Counted from the first letter of the stretch, positions 1 to 12,759 are shown. The stretch is DNA of 60,980 bases from Pelomyxa schiedti (GCA_020536535.1 JAHLWZ010000313.1:1-60980), one strand, 5' to 3'. Made by a program: numbers and translations. The notes: a model not told the origin generated them from the sequence alone.

Positions 1-196
1 TCAATCACTGGTGAGTCGGCTCAGAAGAAAGCTTGTAAAGGAATTGAATGAGCACGAGAAGAGGATGCAGGACATGATCACTAGCGTGCAAGACGAAGCC
101 ACGAGGCTACAAAAGGAACTGACTAGGCTCCAGGAGGAAAGGACCAGGCACAGAGAAAAACTTGAGAAGCTTTTGGCCCAACTCCCTGAAGACTAA
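1..196 (+). CDS. 3' end (coiled coil) of Q/P-rich protein; paralog of 50414-52144
   Basis: Near-identical to 51949-52144; heptad-like SRLRRKLVKELNEHEKRMQ...QLPED*. Confidence 0.8.
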   Translation, partial: QSLVSRLRRKLVKELNEHEKRMQDMITSVQDEATRLQKELTRLQEERTRHREKLEKLLAQLPED

Positions 197-243
197 ACCT
201 TTTTCATTTTGTGACAGTGGCAAAAAAAATTTAGTAAGTGGTG

Positions 244-1694
244 ATGGAACGTAAGCTGATACTGATTGTTGTCGGTCTCTTTATCAGTGGCACAGTTCAG
301 GTACGATTGGCGAATTGTGGGTTGCATTTTTGTGTTCGGGCGGATTTCGGCTCCATGGTTGGTTTTTATACAAGAGTGCAGGTGGTAGCACAGAAGGTGT
401 TGTTTTCACTTCCGATTGGGGAATCACCTGAACATCAGTTCAGAAAGCCTTGGTTTCAGACTGGTAATGCAGCCCCGTATGTGAAGATTCTATTCTTATA
501 TCTCTTCCTTTGTACAGTAAGTAACTATGAAAACAAAATAAACACATACAGCGTCAATGTTTGCAGCAATGCTTTTTTGCTTGCTTATACATGGGATCCA
601 CAATTGCATCCAGCTTAAATATGATCAGGGAGGTGGTAAAAGAAGTGGGAATTACTATGGAAATGACACTGGAAGTCATATCTCGTTTCGGACTGTAATT
701 ACTTGCTCTATTCCGGCACTGTGTGACATGGGAGCCACCGTACTGATGAATGCCGGTCTTCTGACACTTTCTCTCTCAATGTGGCAGATGCTCCGTGGCT
801 CAACTGTTGTTTTCACTGCTATTTTATCTGTATTTGTCCATGGCCGAAAACTCGGAGGTTACCATATCACTGGGATTGCGATCGTGGTCTGTTCATTTGT
901 TGTGCTGGGTTTTGCTTGCTCACATATGAACGGCGGCGCTGTTGAGAACGTTGTACTGCCGCAGTTGCATAGCATTGCCTCCACTGATAGGAATACGTGG
1001 GCTTACATCATCGCGATATTTCTTGTTCTTAGTGCACAATTCCTTGCATCTGCACAGTTCATTTTCGAAGAAACACTTCTGAAGAGATCGTTAGACCCTG
1101 TTCCACCAATGTTACTTGTTGGATTGGAGGGTCTGTGGGGATTACTTGCCTGTTTTTTACTGCTTCCATCACTTCAGATGCTGCCTTTCTGCCGGGGGTC
1201 ATCAGGAAACAAAGGAGGAAAGAGTTTCTGGGACTCTGTATGTGAAGTCACATGGGGCGGGGAATGGTCAACAATCTCCATGCTGCTGCGGAATAGGCTG
1301 ATTTTGATTGTTGCGTTGATTTATTTCATGGGTGCCTTTGCATTCAACATGTGCTCGATTTTGACTACAAATGCCTTCACAGCTGTGCATCACACTATAT
1401 TTGATGGTTCCAGGACTGCCTGTGTGAGTATACCCCACTTCCAAAGTTCTACGTAGGGATTCTCAGTTGATACAATAGATTTGGATCGTGATGTTGTTAC
1501 TGCATGCCTTCATAACAGATTTGGGAGAGGCCTGGATAAAATGGAGTTGGCTTGAGCTAGGCGCATTTGGATTGCTCACTGTGGGAACCCTCCTTTTCAA
1601 TCGTGTGGTGAGACTGCCGTGGTGCTTCTCATACACTGTCGGAGATCAACATCAGGAGTGGGCTACTTTGCCTCATGACGAAACGTGCACATAG
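244..1694 (+). CDS. SLC35F6-like DMT/nucleotide-sugar transporter family membrane protein (multi-exon)
   Basis: F.KPWFQT, MFAAMLFCLL, PALCDMGAT.LMN.GL, S.WQMLRGS.VVFTA, QF.FEE, LVGLEG.WG, T.FD..RT motifs; ~10 TM helices. Confidence 0.85.
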
Positions 1695-1944
1695 AGTCGA
1701 GTACTGGGGCAGTTGGATGTGTATGTGTCTCATTATGCCACAGGAAGTATAACGATTGTTTTTGGTAAAAAACTCTTTTTCTACACGGAAATAAGCGGGC
1801 TTGTAACAAAGGATGCATTCTTATTCTGCTCGCAGCAAGCCCTAGTCAAAGTTGTTAACTCAGCTTCAATTCAATATATTTGTTTAAGTAAAAAAAAAGT
1901 GATCCCAAAGAAAAAAAAATAAAAGTAAAGCCCCAGAGGAGACG

Positions 1945-2652
1945 ATGTCGATGGAAGGATCACGGTACCCGGTAACGAGTCTCAGCGACAAAAGGCCAAC
2001 ACTTCGAGCGGTGGGGTTTATGCGGCCTGTGTCGAGATCTGAAGTAGAAGACCACGTCGGTGGCTCAAAATACGTGTACGTAACACCCACCTTCCACGCA
2101 CAAAGACGTAAAAAAAGTGAAAATCAGTTCACACACCATTCCATCAGGGAGGACGTGCTATCCTCGAAACGTGGCAGAGTGTATGTCCAATTTAGCAGCA
2201 GGGGGGCTGCCAATTTTGCACGCAGTCACCCGAGAGACTTCGAGGGCTCGATCATTAGATTTCTGCTCAACGAAGAGGCCGACGCTGAAGAAGAGGTCTT
2301 TGGAGACGCCAGAGACGGCGGCGACCACGAGGAGGAGGAGCTTTGCAGCGACGAGGAAGCTTATGGGATGTACCTGGCCACCACAGAGCAAGAAAGGCAA
2401 GTCGCCGCTCAGATGCTTTCTGTGGAGGAGGAAGAAGTAGAAATCGCACCCACAATTGTAATCAAGCAGGAGCCAGATTACCTGCCCCCGCCACCTTTTG
2501 AGCACCGCGGGCCACCTGTAATGTTCTGGAAGGCAAAGGCTGGAGATGAATGCTACACAACTTCAACTGAAGCTGAGACCAATTGCACAACTACTACAAG
2601 AACACCTGGCACTGTTCAAGTGAAAACAGAACCAATGAATGAGGATGTATAG
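1945..2652 (+). CDS. RRM-like domain protein with acidic tail
   Basis: RNP2-like LRAVGF and RNP1-like RGRVYVQF; probable intron ~2079-2147; conserved in copy at 53854. Confidence 0.55.
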   Translation: MSMEGSRYPVTSLSDKRPTLRAVGFMRPVSRSEVEDHVGGSKYVYVTPTFHAQRRKKSENQFTHHSIREDVLSSKRGRVYVQFSSRGAANFARSHPRDFEGSIIRFLLNEEADAEEEVFGDARDGGDHEEEELCSDEEAYGMYLATTEQERQVAAQMLSVEEEEVEIAPTIVIKQEPDYLPPPPFEHRGPPVMFWKAKAGDECYTTSTEAETNCTTTTRTPGTVQVKTEPMNEDV

Positions 2653-2779
2653 CAACACCTTTAGGAACCTCATGTACACTGTCCATAGCCTTTGTTGTTG
2701 AGCATTTGGTTTTTTAACCAAACACTTTTTTTTTGCAGTGGCTTTTTATTGTTACTTTTTCTAATAAGCTCCTTTTGTG

Positions 2780-4020
2780 ATATATATAGAGCAATGTACG
2801 CAAGGCGTGTGTCCTAAATAATAATCCAACATACATGCCCAAGGCAAGTACACCAAATATCTGACATTGGTGAGAATGTAATGCATGAGAAACAACTTGG
2901 AACTACTTCACACCACTGAATGTTCCTTCATCCTTTGAATCCCAAAGTGATTCCTATTCCTCAACCATTTGATGCACTTTGTATGAGAGACGTCTTGGTA
3001 TTTTCTTGATGTTCGGAATCGGTGTTAGCTCAGTTTTTTTCCCAAATCTAGATGCCAAAGTAAGCTTTGGCTTGACGGGTCGATACACACTTTCTCCTTC
3101 ATCACTTCTGTTTGTACAGGACTGTATACCTCTGCCTTTGCCATAACTGGTATGACTTGTGCGTATTGCATTGCAACTCTGAGAGCTGGAACATCTATGT
3201 CGAGTATCCTGTAGGCAGTGAGACCAAATTAAAGAGGGAAAAGGAAAACCTGTGGGGAATATTATGCCCGGTAAATGCACTGAAAGCTACCTACCACCAG
3301 GCCGGTATCGCCATATTAGAATGGTTTAAGGCTTCAATCAACATGTCCGGCACATCCAAAATATGCAAATGGAGCCTTGTCTTACCACGTTGAGTGACTG
3401 CCATTATAAACCGTTGGTGCTTTTGTAGAGTCCTGAATAGGAACGCGCTTGGATGTGGGAGCCAAAAGGTCAGTCACATTTTGGGGACCTCTGTCATATT
3501 TATGCTTGACTGGGTCGAACAGACGGCCAGGTTTGAGTTTGTCTGTTGGGTGTGTTACAAAAGCTACGCGAAGCTAATAGTTCATACCGACTACTGCATT
3601 GCTTTGTAGAATCTTTGAATGAGAAGTCTGCCCAGTTCCACTCATCCCTGTGCGTTATTTTGATCAAAAAAAAAGGAAAAAGGGGATAACAAACCAGCAA
3701 ATATGATGTTGAGTGTGATATCAACTACAGGAGCTTTGTCACAGGGAGGAATCTTCAGTTCCATATTACTCTTCATCTCAGCCTATCACATGCAGGGAAA
3801 AAAAGGAGAAGAAAGCCTCAAGAAGTACTAGTAGCACTTCCCGTTCCCCAGAGAGCGTCGTCTCACTCTTCAATGCTGATGACATCCCATCCTCGATCAT
3901 TTCGAGCATAACACCCTCATTTTTAACAGGCTTCCAATCATATCAGCCACACACAACGTGCTCTGTCATTCGATTTGGCTTTCCACATACGCAAGCACCA
4001 CTGTCCTTGTGCACCTTCAT
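2780..4020 (-). pseudogene. Degraded coding-like sequence, unknown product
   Basis: Ends align with 54670-54810 and 55240-55340; stops in all frames; centre does not align with copy 2. Confidence 0.3.
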
Positions 4021-4137
4021 TTGTTTAACTTATGGGACTTCCTAGGCCGTCGCCCGACCTGCTCTGTTGGCCAAATTTACAAGAGGAAAAAAAAAACGGA
4101 ATTTTCTTTGGTTTGTGGTGCGTAATCGAAAAAAGTT

Positions 4138-6385
4138 CTAGACATCAGGAGGCCACCAGCCAGGTAGCATCAAGTCTTCTGTTTGTATCACTGGGTCATC
4201 AACCATGCTGAAGTCAGTGAACTGTTGGTCAAAGAGGGGCAGAAGCTGCAGCGGTGGCCCGGTGTGTTCATTTAGTGACCCTATTATGCTTGCAGCTGGT
4301 GTAGAGGGTGACAGAGGGGGTGGCTGGCTACTATACTGAGTGTTGTTGGTGATTGGTGTAGTGGGTTGTGGCGGCTGTTGGGACTGTGGTTGTGAGTCGC
4401 CGGGTGTAACTTGAGGTGTTGTTGGGTGCTCTGTAGCACCGTTTGTTGTAGTAGGTACATCGGTGGTTGGGATGAGAAGTGATGGAGGTGGCATTGGAAC
4501 AAGAAGGGGTGGAGGTGGAGTTAGAGTGTTCCCCGTATCAGGTACGCAGATGGGTGGCTGGACTTGTGCAGAGAATTCGAAATTGGGGATTTGGGAGGAT
4601 ATATCAGTGGCTGCTGGCCTGTCTTTGGAGGTACTTGCAATTTCTTCCACCTCTGTAACTTGACGAAGTTCCGTAGGTTTCCGAGTAATCCTTTGCTTTT
4701 GAGCCACCTTGGAGGGAGGCTGGTTTAGAATGTGTTCAACCATGCTTGGAGAGAAAGGTTGTGGAGGGATGTTGTGAAGCATTGAGCTCGATTCCGTAAA
4801 AAGAGATGCTGCCTCTTTTCCGATACGAGCTTTTTCAGTAAAACCTACATATCCTTAAGACTTAGTGACGGCAAAAGTTGCACACCCTTAAATGTCTCAG
4901 ATAAGGTATGAAGACCTCCCACTGTGGCCCATAAGAGATCTACAAGAACGGTTGGCGATAAACACTTACAAAAACACATCAAAGCAACACATTGGAAGGG
5001 TATTCACCAAAAAGGTGAGAAATGAAAGCTTCACTCAAGCCATAGGTTCGTAGGAAAAGTTGTTGAACTTCCAAAAGCTCAGTATCTAAACAGGGAAAAG
5101 GAGAAATTTGTGGTTATATTATTTGAGAAACGTGAGTGTTACACAAAATTACTTAAAAAAAAAAAGAGGAAGTGCACCAGAAGCGCGTACTTTCCCTGAC
5201 GGCCTTGCTTGGTTCATCATGGGAAGGTCCGCATTTTCACCCAAGATGAAGTGCGACACACCTTGTGAATCCACTAGCCTGAAGGTAGTAGTTAGAGCAA
5301 CTAGAAGTTGGAAAGAGAACAACTTAAGGACTACACTTCGGAGTGATTCAACACTCCACGGCATTATGGCTTGTTCCACACAAAAGTACTGAAGGGAGGG
5401 ATCAACAACGTAAAGGGGAAAAAAGATGGGCACACAATTTGGAGCGGAGCTTTCAATTCGGGTGGATTAAACAAAAGGAGTACACTTCGGCGATTTGAAT
5501 CGGTGAAGGCGCATGCAGAACCCCGTTCAAAATGGAGTGTTGTCAAACTATCCAAAACTTTCTTGCACTAAAGAGAGGAAGTTAGTCAGTCAATATTAAT
5601 AAAACGAGTGAAGAGTAAAAATGTCTCGAGGTCTTTACAGTAGAGTTCATACATCCAGTATCACTTCTTTCTGTATCTGATGATGATGCTCAAGCTCTGT
5701 CACGAACTCGAGAATATAGTCTTGTAATAGATAGTCATACTCCAGCGTGTCAAAAACACCAACTGCCTCTGCTATGAGTGCAGATGCTTCTGCTTCCTGC
5801 GAATAGGTGTTGTAAATGAAATCCATGTAAAAAGGCAAGAAAACCTACCGATGTTATCTTCAGGGATTGTATAGCATTCATAAACTCGGCATAATGCTCC
5901 ATGTTTTCTTGGGACATCTCCGTTCCTGGGAAGGTGATTTTTCTTGTTTCATATAGAGGCCCACCAAGGCTGCTGGCACTGGTTGGCACCGCAGGAGCGG
6001 CAGTAGTGGTGGCAGTCGATGTTGTGGTGGCAGTAGCAATAAATCTGCCGTATGCAAAGGGACTATTCGAGGGAGGACTTGGTGGGGAAGTCTTTTTAAC
6101 TTCGGGCGATTCCTCACAGGATGATGGGGTGGGAGCAGGAGTAGGTTTTTCCTTTTGGAAAGAATGAGTTTAGAACTTTAAAATTGTTGATTGTCCTTAC
6201 AAGGCATTTTTCTTGCTGATTGAACAAAATTCGAGGTGTCACTCTAGGGAAAACGCTTATCGCTGGAGGAGGGGGTGGTGATGTATTTGGTATAACAGAG
6301 AGTAACAGTGTGGGAATTGGGTGATTGGGTGAGTACTCGCGTTCCATTTCTGCAATAGCGTCTTCTGCGAGTTTATCAAGATAGA
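4138..6385 (-). CDS. 3' part of multi-exon Q/P-rich TPR-like protein (5' part lost in N gap); paralog of 55478-59589
   Basis: Exon ORFs 4138-4782, 5149-5555, 5647-5989, 6114-6385 conserved with copy 2, mostly synonymous or conservative changes. Confidence 0.7.
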
Positions 6386-6485
6386 NNNNNNNNNNNNNNN
6401 NNNNNNNNNNNNNNNNNNNNNNNNNNNNNNNNNNNNNNNNNNNNNNNNNNNNNNNNNNNNNNNNNNNNNNNNNNNNNNNNNNNNN

Positions 6486-8310
6486 CAAAAAAATTACAGT
6501 GTGGGTATCAAAGAACATGCCATGGGCAAAGAGGGAGAGGTTTTCTGTGAGCATTGTTCCATTGGATCTTGGACTTGTGTTGAGCAAGAAATGGTGTCCC
6601 ACATCACCATATCCATCTCTCAACGATATCTTGTTTGGCACAAACGATATCCCCTATCGTAGAGGCCATGTCTTTGTTGTCGTTAATATAATTTATAATT
6701 AACTTATGATCCTTATCGGTGCGGAGTCATCAACACCGGGGTTTCCCTTTTATTTTTTCTTTTCGATTTGTTTCCCAAACAGCAAGCCGGGTGTCTGGAC
6801 AGTTCCGTTCCCAGACCCCAGGGGTCGTGGGATCAACTCCTGCGGACTCCTCCAGCTTTTTTTTCTTGCATTTTTTAAAGGTTGTCAGCAGATACCACAA
6901 ACTAGCATAAGGAATGCACGGGTTTGAGGAGGGTCAGACTACTTCACAATGAACTATGTCATGCTTTCCCTAAACAGGTGAGAATTCCTATTGAATGACA
7001 ATAGATTACGGTTTTTTCGTTGTTCTCCAGTCCCGCAATTGGTTGGCCAAATTTCCAAGTCGAACCAAAGGAGAGTGATGAAGGAGAGATGCGAACTACT
7101 CTTGAGGAGTCAGAGCACAAATAGAACAGATGGTTGTACTTTTCAAGGGCTGGAGAATCTTTGTAATCAATGGTTGACATATATTGGGAGGGCTCAGAAC
7201 GAGATCTAAATCAAAGCTTCCATGGGTGAGTCCAAGGCTTATTTCTGACAAGGCACATTTGAGTGAGAGAAAACAGAAGACAAAGGAACCTGGGAGTGCA
7301 CCTCTAACGAGGAGAGTGCTGTGTGAATATCACAGAAACCAGTTGCGGGTGAACAACAGTATCTTCTGTGAAGCCGACATCCATTTTGAGTAGGATCTCT
7401 CAACTTTGAAAGGGAATTTTGATGTAGAAGAAGGTGTGAAATGTGCACATAGGTTTCTCCGAAAGGTCAGATATATTTGGGCCTATACTATCAGTTAAAA
7501 GGGAAAAAAGGAACTTTTGTGTTAGACCTGAGCAAGTCAATCCCACCTAAAATCTGTAGATAAAATACCAGTTTGCATTCAACAAAGAAAACGCTAACAG
7601 TAGTGCATGGTGATCACCAAGTGAGGCAAACCAACAGAAGTCCCATATTTCAGTTAGAGAAATGTTAATGAGTTGCGAAAGGCATACAGTTCTATTAGAA
7701 AAGTTCATGGTGTTACCTTCAAAAGATAGTATATTACACTTCAGATTACATTCTCGATGTTCCTGCCCTGTAAATTGTTTTAGATTGTTACAACATAGTT
7801 GACATTCTGACCTTGGAGGATAAAGAGCTTATTGAGAGATAACTGCTTTTTGTGACGCAAGGATTTCCCCTTGAGAGGATAAAAAGCAAGTTGTCTGAAC
7901 CCCACACTAATACAAATTTCCTCCTGGCATGGAGCATTAATTAGGCCGAGAAATTCTCAGAAAAAGCACAAGAGTGCTGTTGAACACAGAATTGGAGGGA
8001 AAAAAGAACTTCGTATATTGGCACATTAAAAAATTGCCGAATTTCAACCTTACAACTACAAAACTGCGTTGATGAAAACCCCTGCAACAAACAACAAGTC
8101 ACTCTTAAGAGTCTTTGAGTGGTTGCCAACCACCATTTCCGACAACAAATGAGTTATTTCAACCCAGGGATCTTGTTTCCACATAATCATAAGAAATCTA
8201 CTGGTTCCACGCCTCTTGTTGTCGCGTGGGGTTGAGGTAGTGGCGCGGTGCGGGGAAAGATCCAGGTATGTGGAGTGGTGAGTCTTAATTCGTTCGGACC
8301 CAACCCTGCT
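6486..8310 (-). pseudogene. Fragmented coding-like region, unknown product
   Basis: Short open stretches interrupted by stops; partly duplicated at 59974-60545. Confidence 0.25.
6821..6864 (+). other. tRNA-3'-half-like sequence with encoded CCA and T-run
   Basis: GGTC GTGGG-ATCAACT-CCTGC GGACTCC T CCA then T8; no canonical 5' half. Confidence 0.3.
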
Positions 8311-8538
8311 TGAGAAATCAAAAAAAAAAACCCTGCATCTGTGGTGTTACGCAACGCAGACCTGGCACCATTCTTGGCTCAATGACTCTCCCAACGTGTG
8401 GCTCCAACCCATAAATTTCACATGGAACAAGTTTCGTTTGAAACTACGACAGGTTATTGACTAATAAACCGGTTCTTGACTAATAAACCTTCGACGTTAC
8501 AAAACAATTGCCGACCACAAATACAATAAATAAAGGAA

Positions 8539-9890
8539 ATGGCGGACGAGGCTGGGCGTGTGCCGTTCTTACAACAAATATTGGGTATGCCGGCTGAGTT
8601 TAAATGGTTGTTGGTCAAATCTGCTCGTGTCATTGTGTTGAACGAAACGTCTTTCTCAATGGATGTGAATGTGCCTTTGGTATGGTTTTTTTTTTTTGTT
8701 AAAGCATTTGATTCCTAAAAACAATGGATAGAAAAACAAGCCAACAATATAATACTTATTAAACCCAAATGAAGAATGTTTTACTCCCTCCCAGGAGACT
8801 TCCATACTGTACAAAGGGATGGAGTCGGCATTGATGTTTATAAACACCAAGCAGACATCCGACATTGCAGGCATCGATGAAAAATATGGGAAACAAGTGT
8901 GTCGTGAAATCTTCTTGCAGCAGATACAAAGTGGGCCAGGGGGTATCAAAAAATGGATACAGAACCCCCCACGCGAGCAGCTGCACAAGCTATGTGTAGC
9001 ATTTGACATGCCTGGAAGGTTGCATTTCAGAGTTAGCCTTATTAATTCCTCAAACCAAATATAGAGTCTTTGATGAGGATTCAGAAAAGCATTGGCTCCA
9101 TGAAAAGCTCACCAGGATGGGTGTTGGATGCATTGGTCAACTGGTTAGTCCCTCCCTACTTCCATTCTGAGTTTCTACTTAACGAAACAAAACGTACTGC
9201 CACAGACTGGGGGGAAAGCATTATACCAGATTGCTGAACATCTTGGATTACGACCAAGAGATGATGACTCGGATGGGCAGTTGGCCGAAGGAATTACAAT
9301 GGGGAAAGTGTGTTGCAAGCATATGTAATTTTCTTAGACTTAACAAGGCCTGCCAGATTCCCAGTAGATTGAGCAGCATACATTCCGTTGAACCAATGCA
9401 AATTCCCCCACCTGTTTCTGCTCCAACTCCCATACCTGTTTCTACTCCAACTCCCGTGACCCAATCAAAGCCGAAAAGCGTAAACATACCGAAACTGGAG
9501 CAGGATGCTGAATACAGAGTAAAATACCCTACGTTCATGAATCGCAACATACGTAATCCAACTTCACCATGTCTACAAGTAACAAACTATTAGATGAGTT
9601 ACAGCGTTTATGCCACACAAATAAGGTCAGCTCCCGAAAAGACAAGGTAGGGTGCATCAAGAGTCTTGAGCACCTCATAACCAGTGGGAATTTGGGTATG
9701 AACAGCTCTAACAAGAGCTGATTGCTTGCACTATGTGGAGACTTATATACCCTCAGTAGAGGAAACAACTACAGAGAGTGGATCAAAGCCAAAGAAGGCA
9801 AAGCTACAAAGCAAAGAGTCTGAATCTGAGTGAAGTGGAAAGAAGCCAACCAAAGCCAAAAACACCACGCCATCCTGTCAATAGAAATAA
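8539..9890 (+). CDS. Uncharacterised multi-exon protein with possible SAP/helix-extension-helix motif (3' end approximate)
   Basis: ATG after A-rich leader; exons 8819-9030, 9231-9590; LDELQRLCHTNKVSSRKDKVGCIKSL. Confidence 0.45.
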
Positions 9891-9986
9891 GTTAAAACAT
9901 TTATTCTTTTTATTCTTTGTGCCCCAACACTCCATCATCTGCAGTTACCAGAAAAGTTCCATCATACGATAAAAGAAACTCACAAC

Positions 9987-10746
9987 ATGTCTACGGTATC
10001 CGCACCCGTTCAGGAGCCAACGGAACCCATAATACCAACCGAGCCGACACCCAACACCAGCGCCCCACAGGAGGCCACCGCCGCGGCCGAGCCGGCACCA
10101 ACCACGAGTACAGAGCAGCCACAACAGAATGAGGCGGAGGGTGCTGTTCCACCTCCTGTGGTGGCTGAGAGCAAAACGACTGCCGCAATGACTACTATGT
10201 TCTCCGCGGTTTCTGATTACCTCAAGAGCGAGATGGAAAGTGAGTGTGCTGTTGCAATGTTGTTTTGCTTGTGTGTAGGGTTGGGGAATATGGCTTGTGG
10301 GATTTAGGAACCTCCTATTTCTATAGTATTGCTTAACAAACAAAAACAACATTACAGTTACGAAGGCTGACTTCAGGCTTTTGGTTACTATGAACAAGGC
10401 TGCTTCAACAAAGTACGGGGCACTTGCTGACAGTGCTGCGTCTTCAGTCAAAGCAATGGAATCCCTACAGCCTCACTGTATGTACTTTTTATGCTTATTT
10501 GAGAACCCTTTTTTGCTTAGTTTCAAACAACATTTTCACGAACTCATTCCATGACTTTAGATGAGGAACTGAAGCCATACCTTGCTAAAGTGGATGAAGT
10601 CGAGAAAGAGGTGCAAGAACTCCATAAATTGGTTGTGGAACTTGATAAATATTCCAGGAGAATAGGTATCACGGTAGTTTTATTGTTGTTGTGCTTACTC
10701 CAATATATTAGAGGATAAATTGAAAGCATTGTCCTTCAAATTTTGA
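9987..10746 (+). CDS. BLOC1S2: BLOC-1 complex subunit 2
   Basis: Stitched: MFSAVSDYLKSEM..KADFRLLVTMNKAASTKY...LKPYLAKVDEVEKEVQELHKLVVELDKYSRRIEDKLK matches the BLOS2 pattern. Confidence 0.85.
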
Positions 10747-10954
10747 TTGGGTTTGTAACAGTGGGTTCATGATGAAGTGTTGGAAAAGTAAACGAAGAAA
10801 AATTTGCAACCTATTTAAAATCGGGAAAAATTTACGCCCGAGAACAGAGCCTATTCTGATACTTGCCCCCAGTCCCGTAGTTGTTGTTCTTTGATAGCCT
10901 TTTTCAAGTTTTTTACTTGAGGGTTTTCCCAGTCCTCCGCCATTACAGCCAAAT

Positions 10955-12586
10955 CTACTGTAATTCAGTGTGGAAAAATGCCTTGTAGTCCATACCAGGG
11001 AAGTTTCTTGCAAACAAAGTTCGCATTAGTCCAACATTCTCTTTTCTTGGGGCATATGTGCCAGAGCCGTTATCAATGAGTAGAGTTTTCTGGCACGTCT
11101 CGGGATTGTCAAAAATCAAGAACTCACCTGCATACCGAACCTAACCCTGTAAGATTCGATAAAAGGAAAAGTAAAACCTTCTCAGCTGCATTACTGTAAG
11201 AGAAATAAACTTAGGTTTGGAAAGAAAATAGGTAGAAAACTATGTACCTGTGCATTGCGTGCTTACTCATAAAATCCTTTTAGAAGGTGAGAGGTGTCAA
11301 AATAAAGAATTACCTTAAAGAAAGATGCTCCAGTTTCTGAAAAATTGAATTTGTTGTCTTTGAGAACATATGTATAGATTGTTGCGGTTCTGTCTCGAAT
11401 TCCGTAGTTCAGTAAGCGTAGAAAATCTTCTCCACTTCTAAGAATCCCTTTTTTTGCGTTCTTGTTTTTGTACAGTGTTGCATGCTGCACATGTATTGCG
11501 CCTTTGTGTTTATTAAGAAGGAAAATATGCATTTATGTGACTCTGACCTCTTATGAATGAGGCTTGTACATTACTACCAAAAATTTTCTGTGCTTTATCA
11601 TATTTCTCATTCCAGCCATGCGTTAGAGTGCCAAAAACTTCGCTGACTCCTTTTAGAAGCAGTTGGTAGCACATAAATCGTCTAGAAATGGCTGAGATCG
11701 AGGGAAAGTGAACATAATAATGACCTGTAATGTTGGCCTTGGGAAGTGGTAGCCAGCCCAATAACACCGTCAACATGCACTATATAGGGAATCTCCACTG
11801 AAGGCATTGGTGCTGATGAACCACCTGAAAGAAGCTCCTCAGGGAACACAAATTCACTTCCTGTGGGTTCTGGTGGTGGTGTAGCTGATACTGCAATCGA
11901 GGAAGAAGTTCGAATGCTTCCACCAACTGTGGAAAACGTAAAGCTGGGTGGTGCAAGAGTTGAGGTGACAGTAGGGATTCCTGTATTTGACGATCTCAAT
12001 GAAGATACTACAGAGGAAGGAGAGGGTGATCGTACGCCTGGTGTACCAGAACCATATCTGAGAACTTATGGGAGCTAAGGACAAAATGACGATGGGCTTA
12101 CGAATCATCTGCCACAATTTCAACTTTAATGGCTCCGTGGTCAACGTTGTCAAGGGTGAACCACCTAGTCTCAGATGTGATTGTTCCAAGTGGAATTGTC
12201 ACATCCCCAAGGGGGTCATCTCGCTTGCACCTATCCTGAGATGCATTACATATAGCACATGCAGAAGGTTCGAGTACCTCGTCAAAAACTTTGACTACCA
12301 AGGCTTCACCAGCTCGAGTAGAATAAGTAAAAGGAGGAATTGCCTCTGCCCACACAGGCTCTAGTGTGCAGTACTTTGTTCTCGTACGATATTCAGGCCC
12401 TCCACTACGAAGAGAAACGAGGCAGTACCTATCAACGAGAAGGGGAAGAAAAAACAGGGACATGAGATCCAACGTAAAACTAGCAATAAAAAGTCGAGTG
12501 ACTGCTCCATACGGGTCAGATTTGCCGTTGATATCAGCGGCAACGAGTTTGCGCCCTTTGTGTATTGTCACACGTAACAGCCCCAT
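10955..12586 (-). CDS. C2-domain protein with conserved C-terminal enzyme-like domain
   Basis: C2: LRVTIHKGRKLVAADINGKSDPY..VKVFDED...DDPLG; C-term FSETGA.F..DFMSKHAMH..RYAGEF..LLIDNGSGTYAP. Confidence 0.85.
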
Positions 12587-12759
12587 TTCCACCAACACCG
12601 TTCCGTTTAATTTAAAAAAAAAAAACAAACACTGCTGTGGATGAATTCGCCGATTTGGCATTTGAGAGAATTGATTACCCGTATTTGGCACCTGATGGAG
12701 AGAATTCGACTGAACTCAAAAAAACAAAGATGAAACAAAAAGGCCTATGGGGTTATGTA

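Larger units (their letters stand above)
1..9366 (+). repeat. Segmental duplication copy 1 (copy 2 at 51949-60980)
   Basis: Same gene order (coiled-coil end, SLC35, RRM, degraded gene, TPR gene, 7810-9366 block); offset ~51.9 kb. Confidence 0.95.

Noticed and set aside
6114-6641. ORF spanning the N gap (also 59780-60101)
   Set aside because: Artefact of the 100-N scaffold gap joining unrelated sequence
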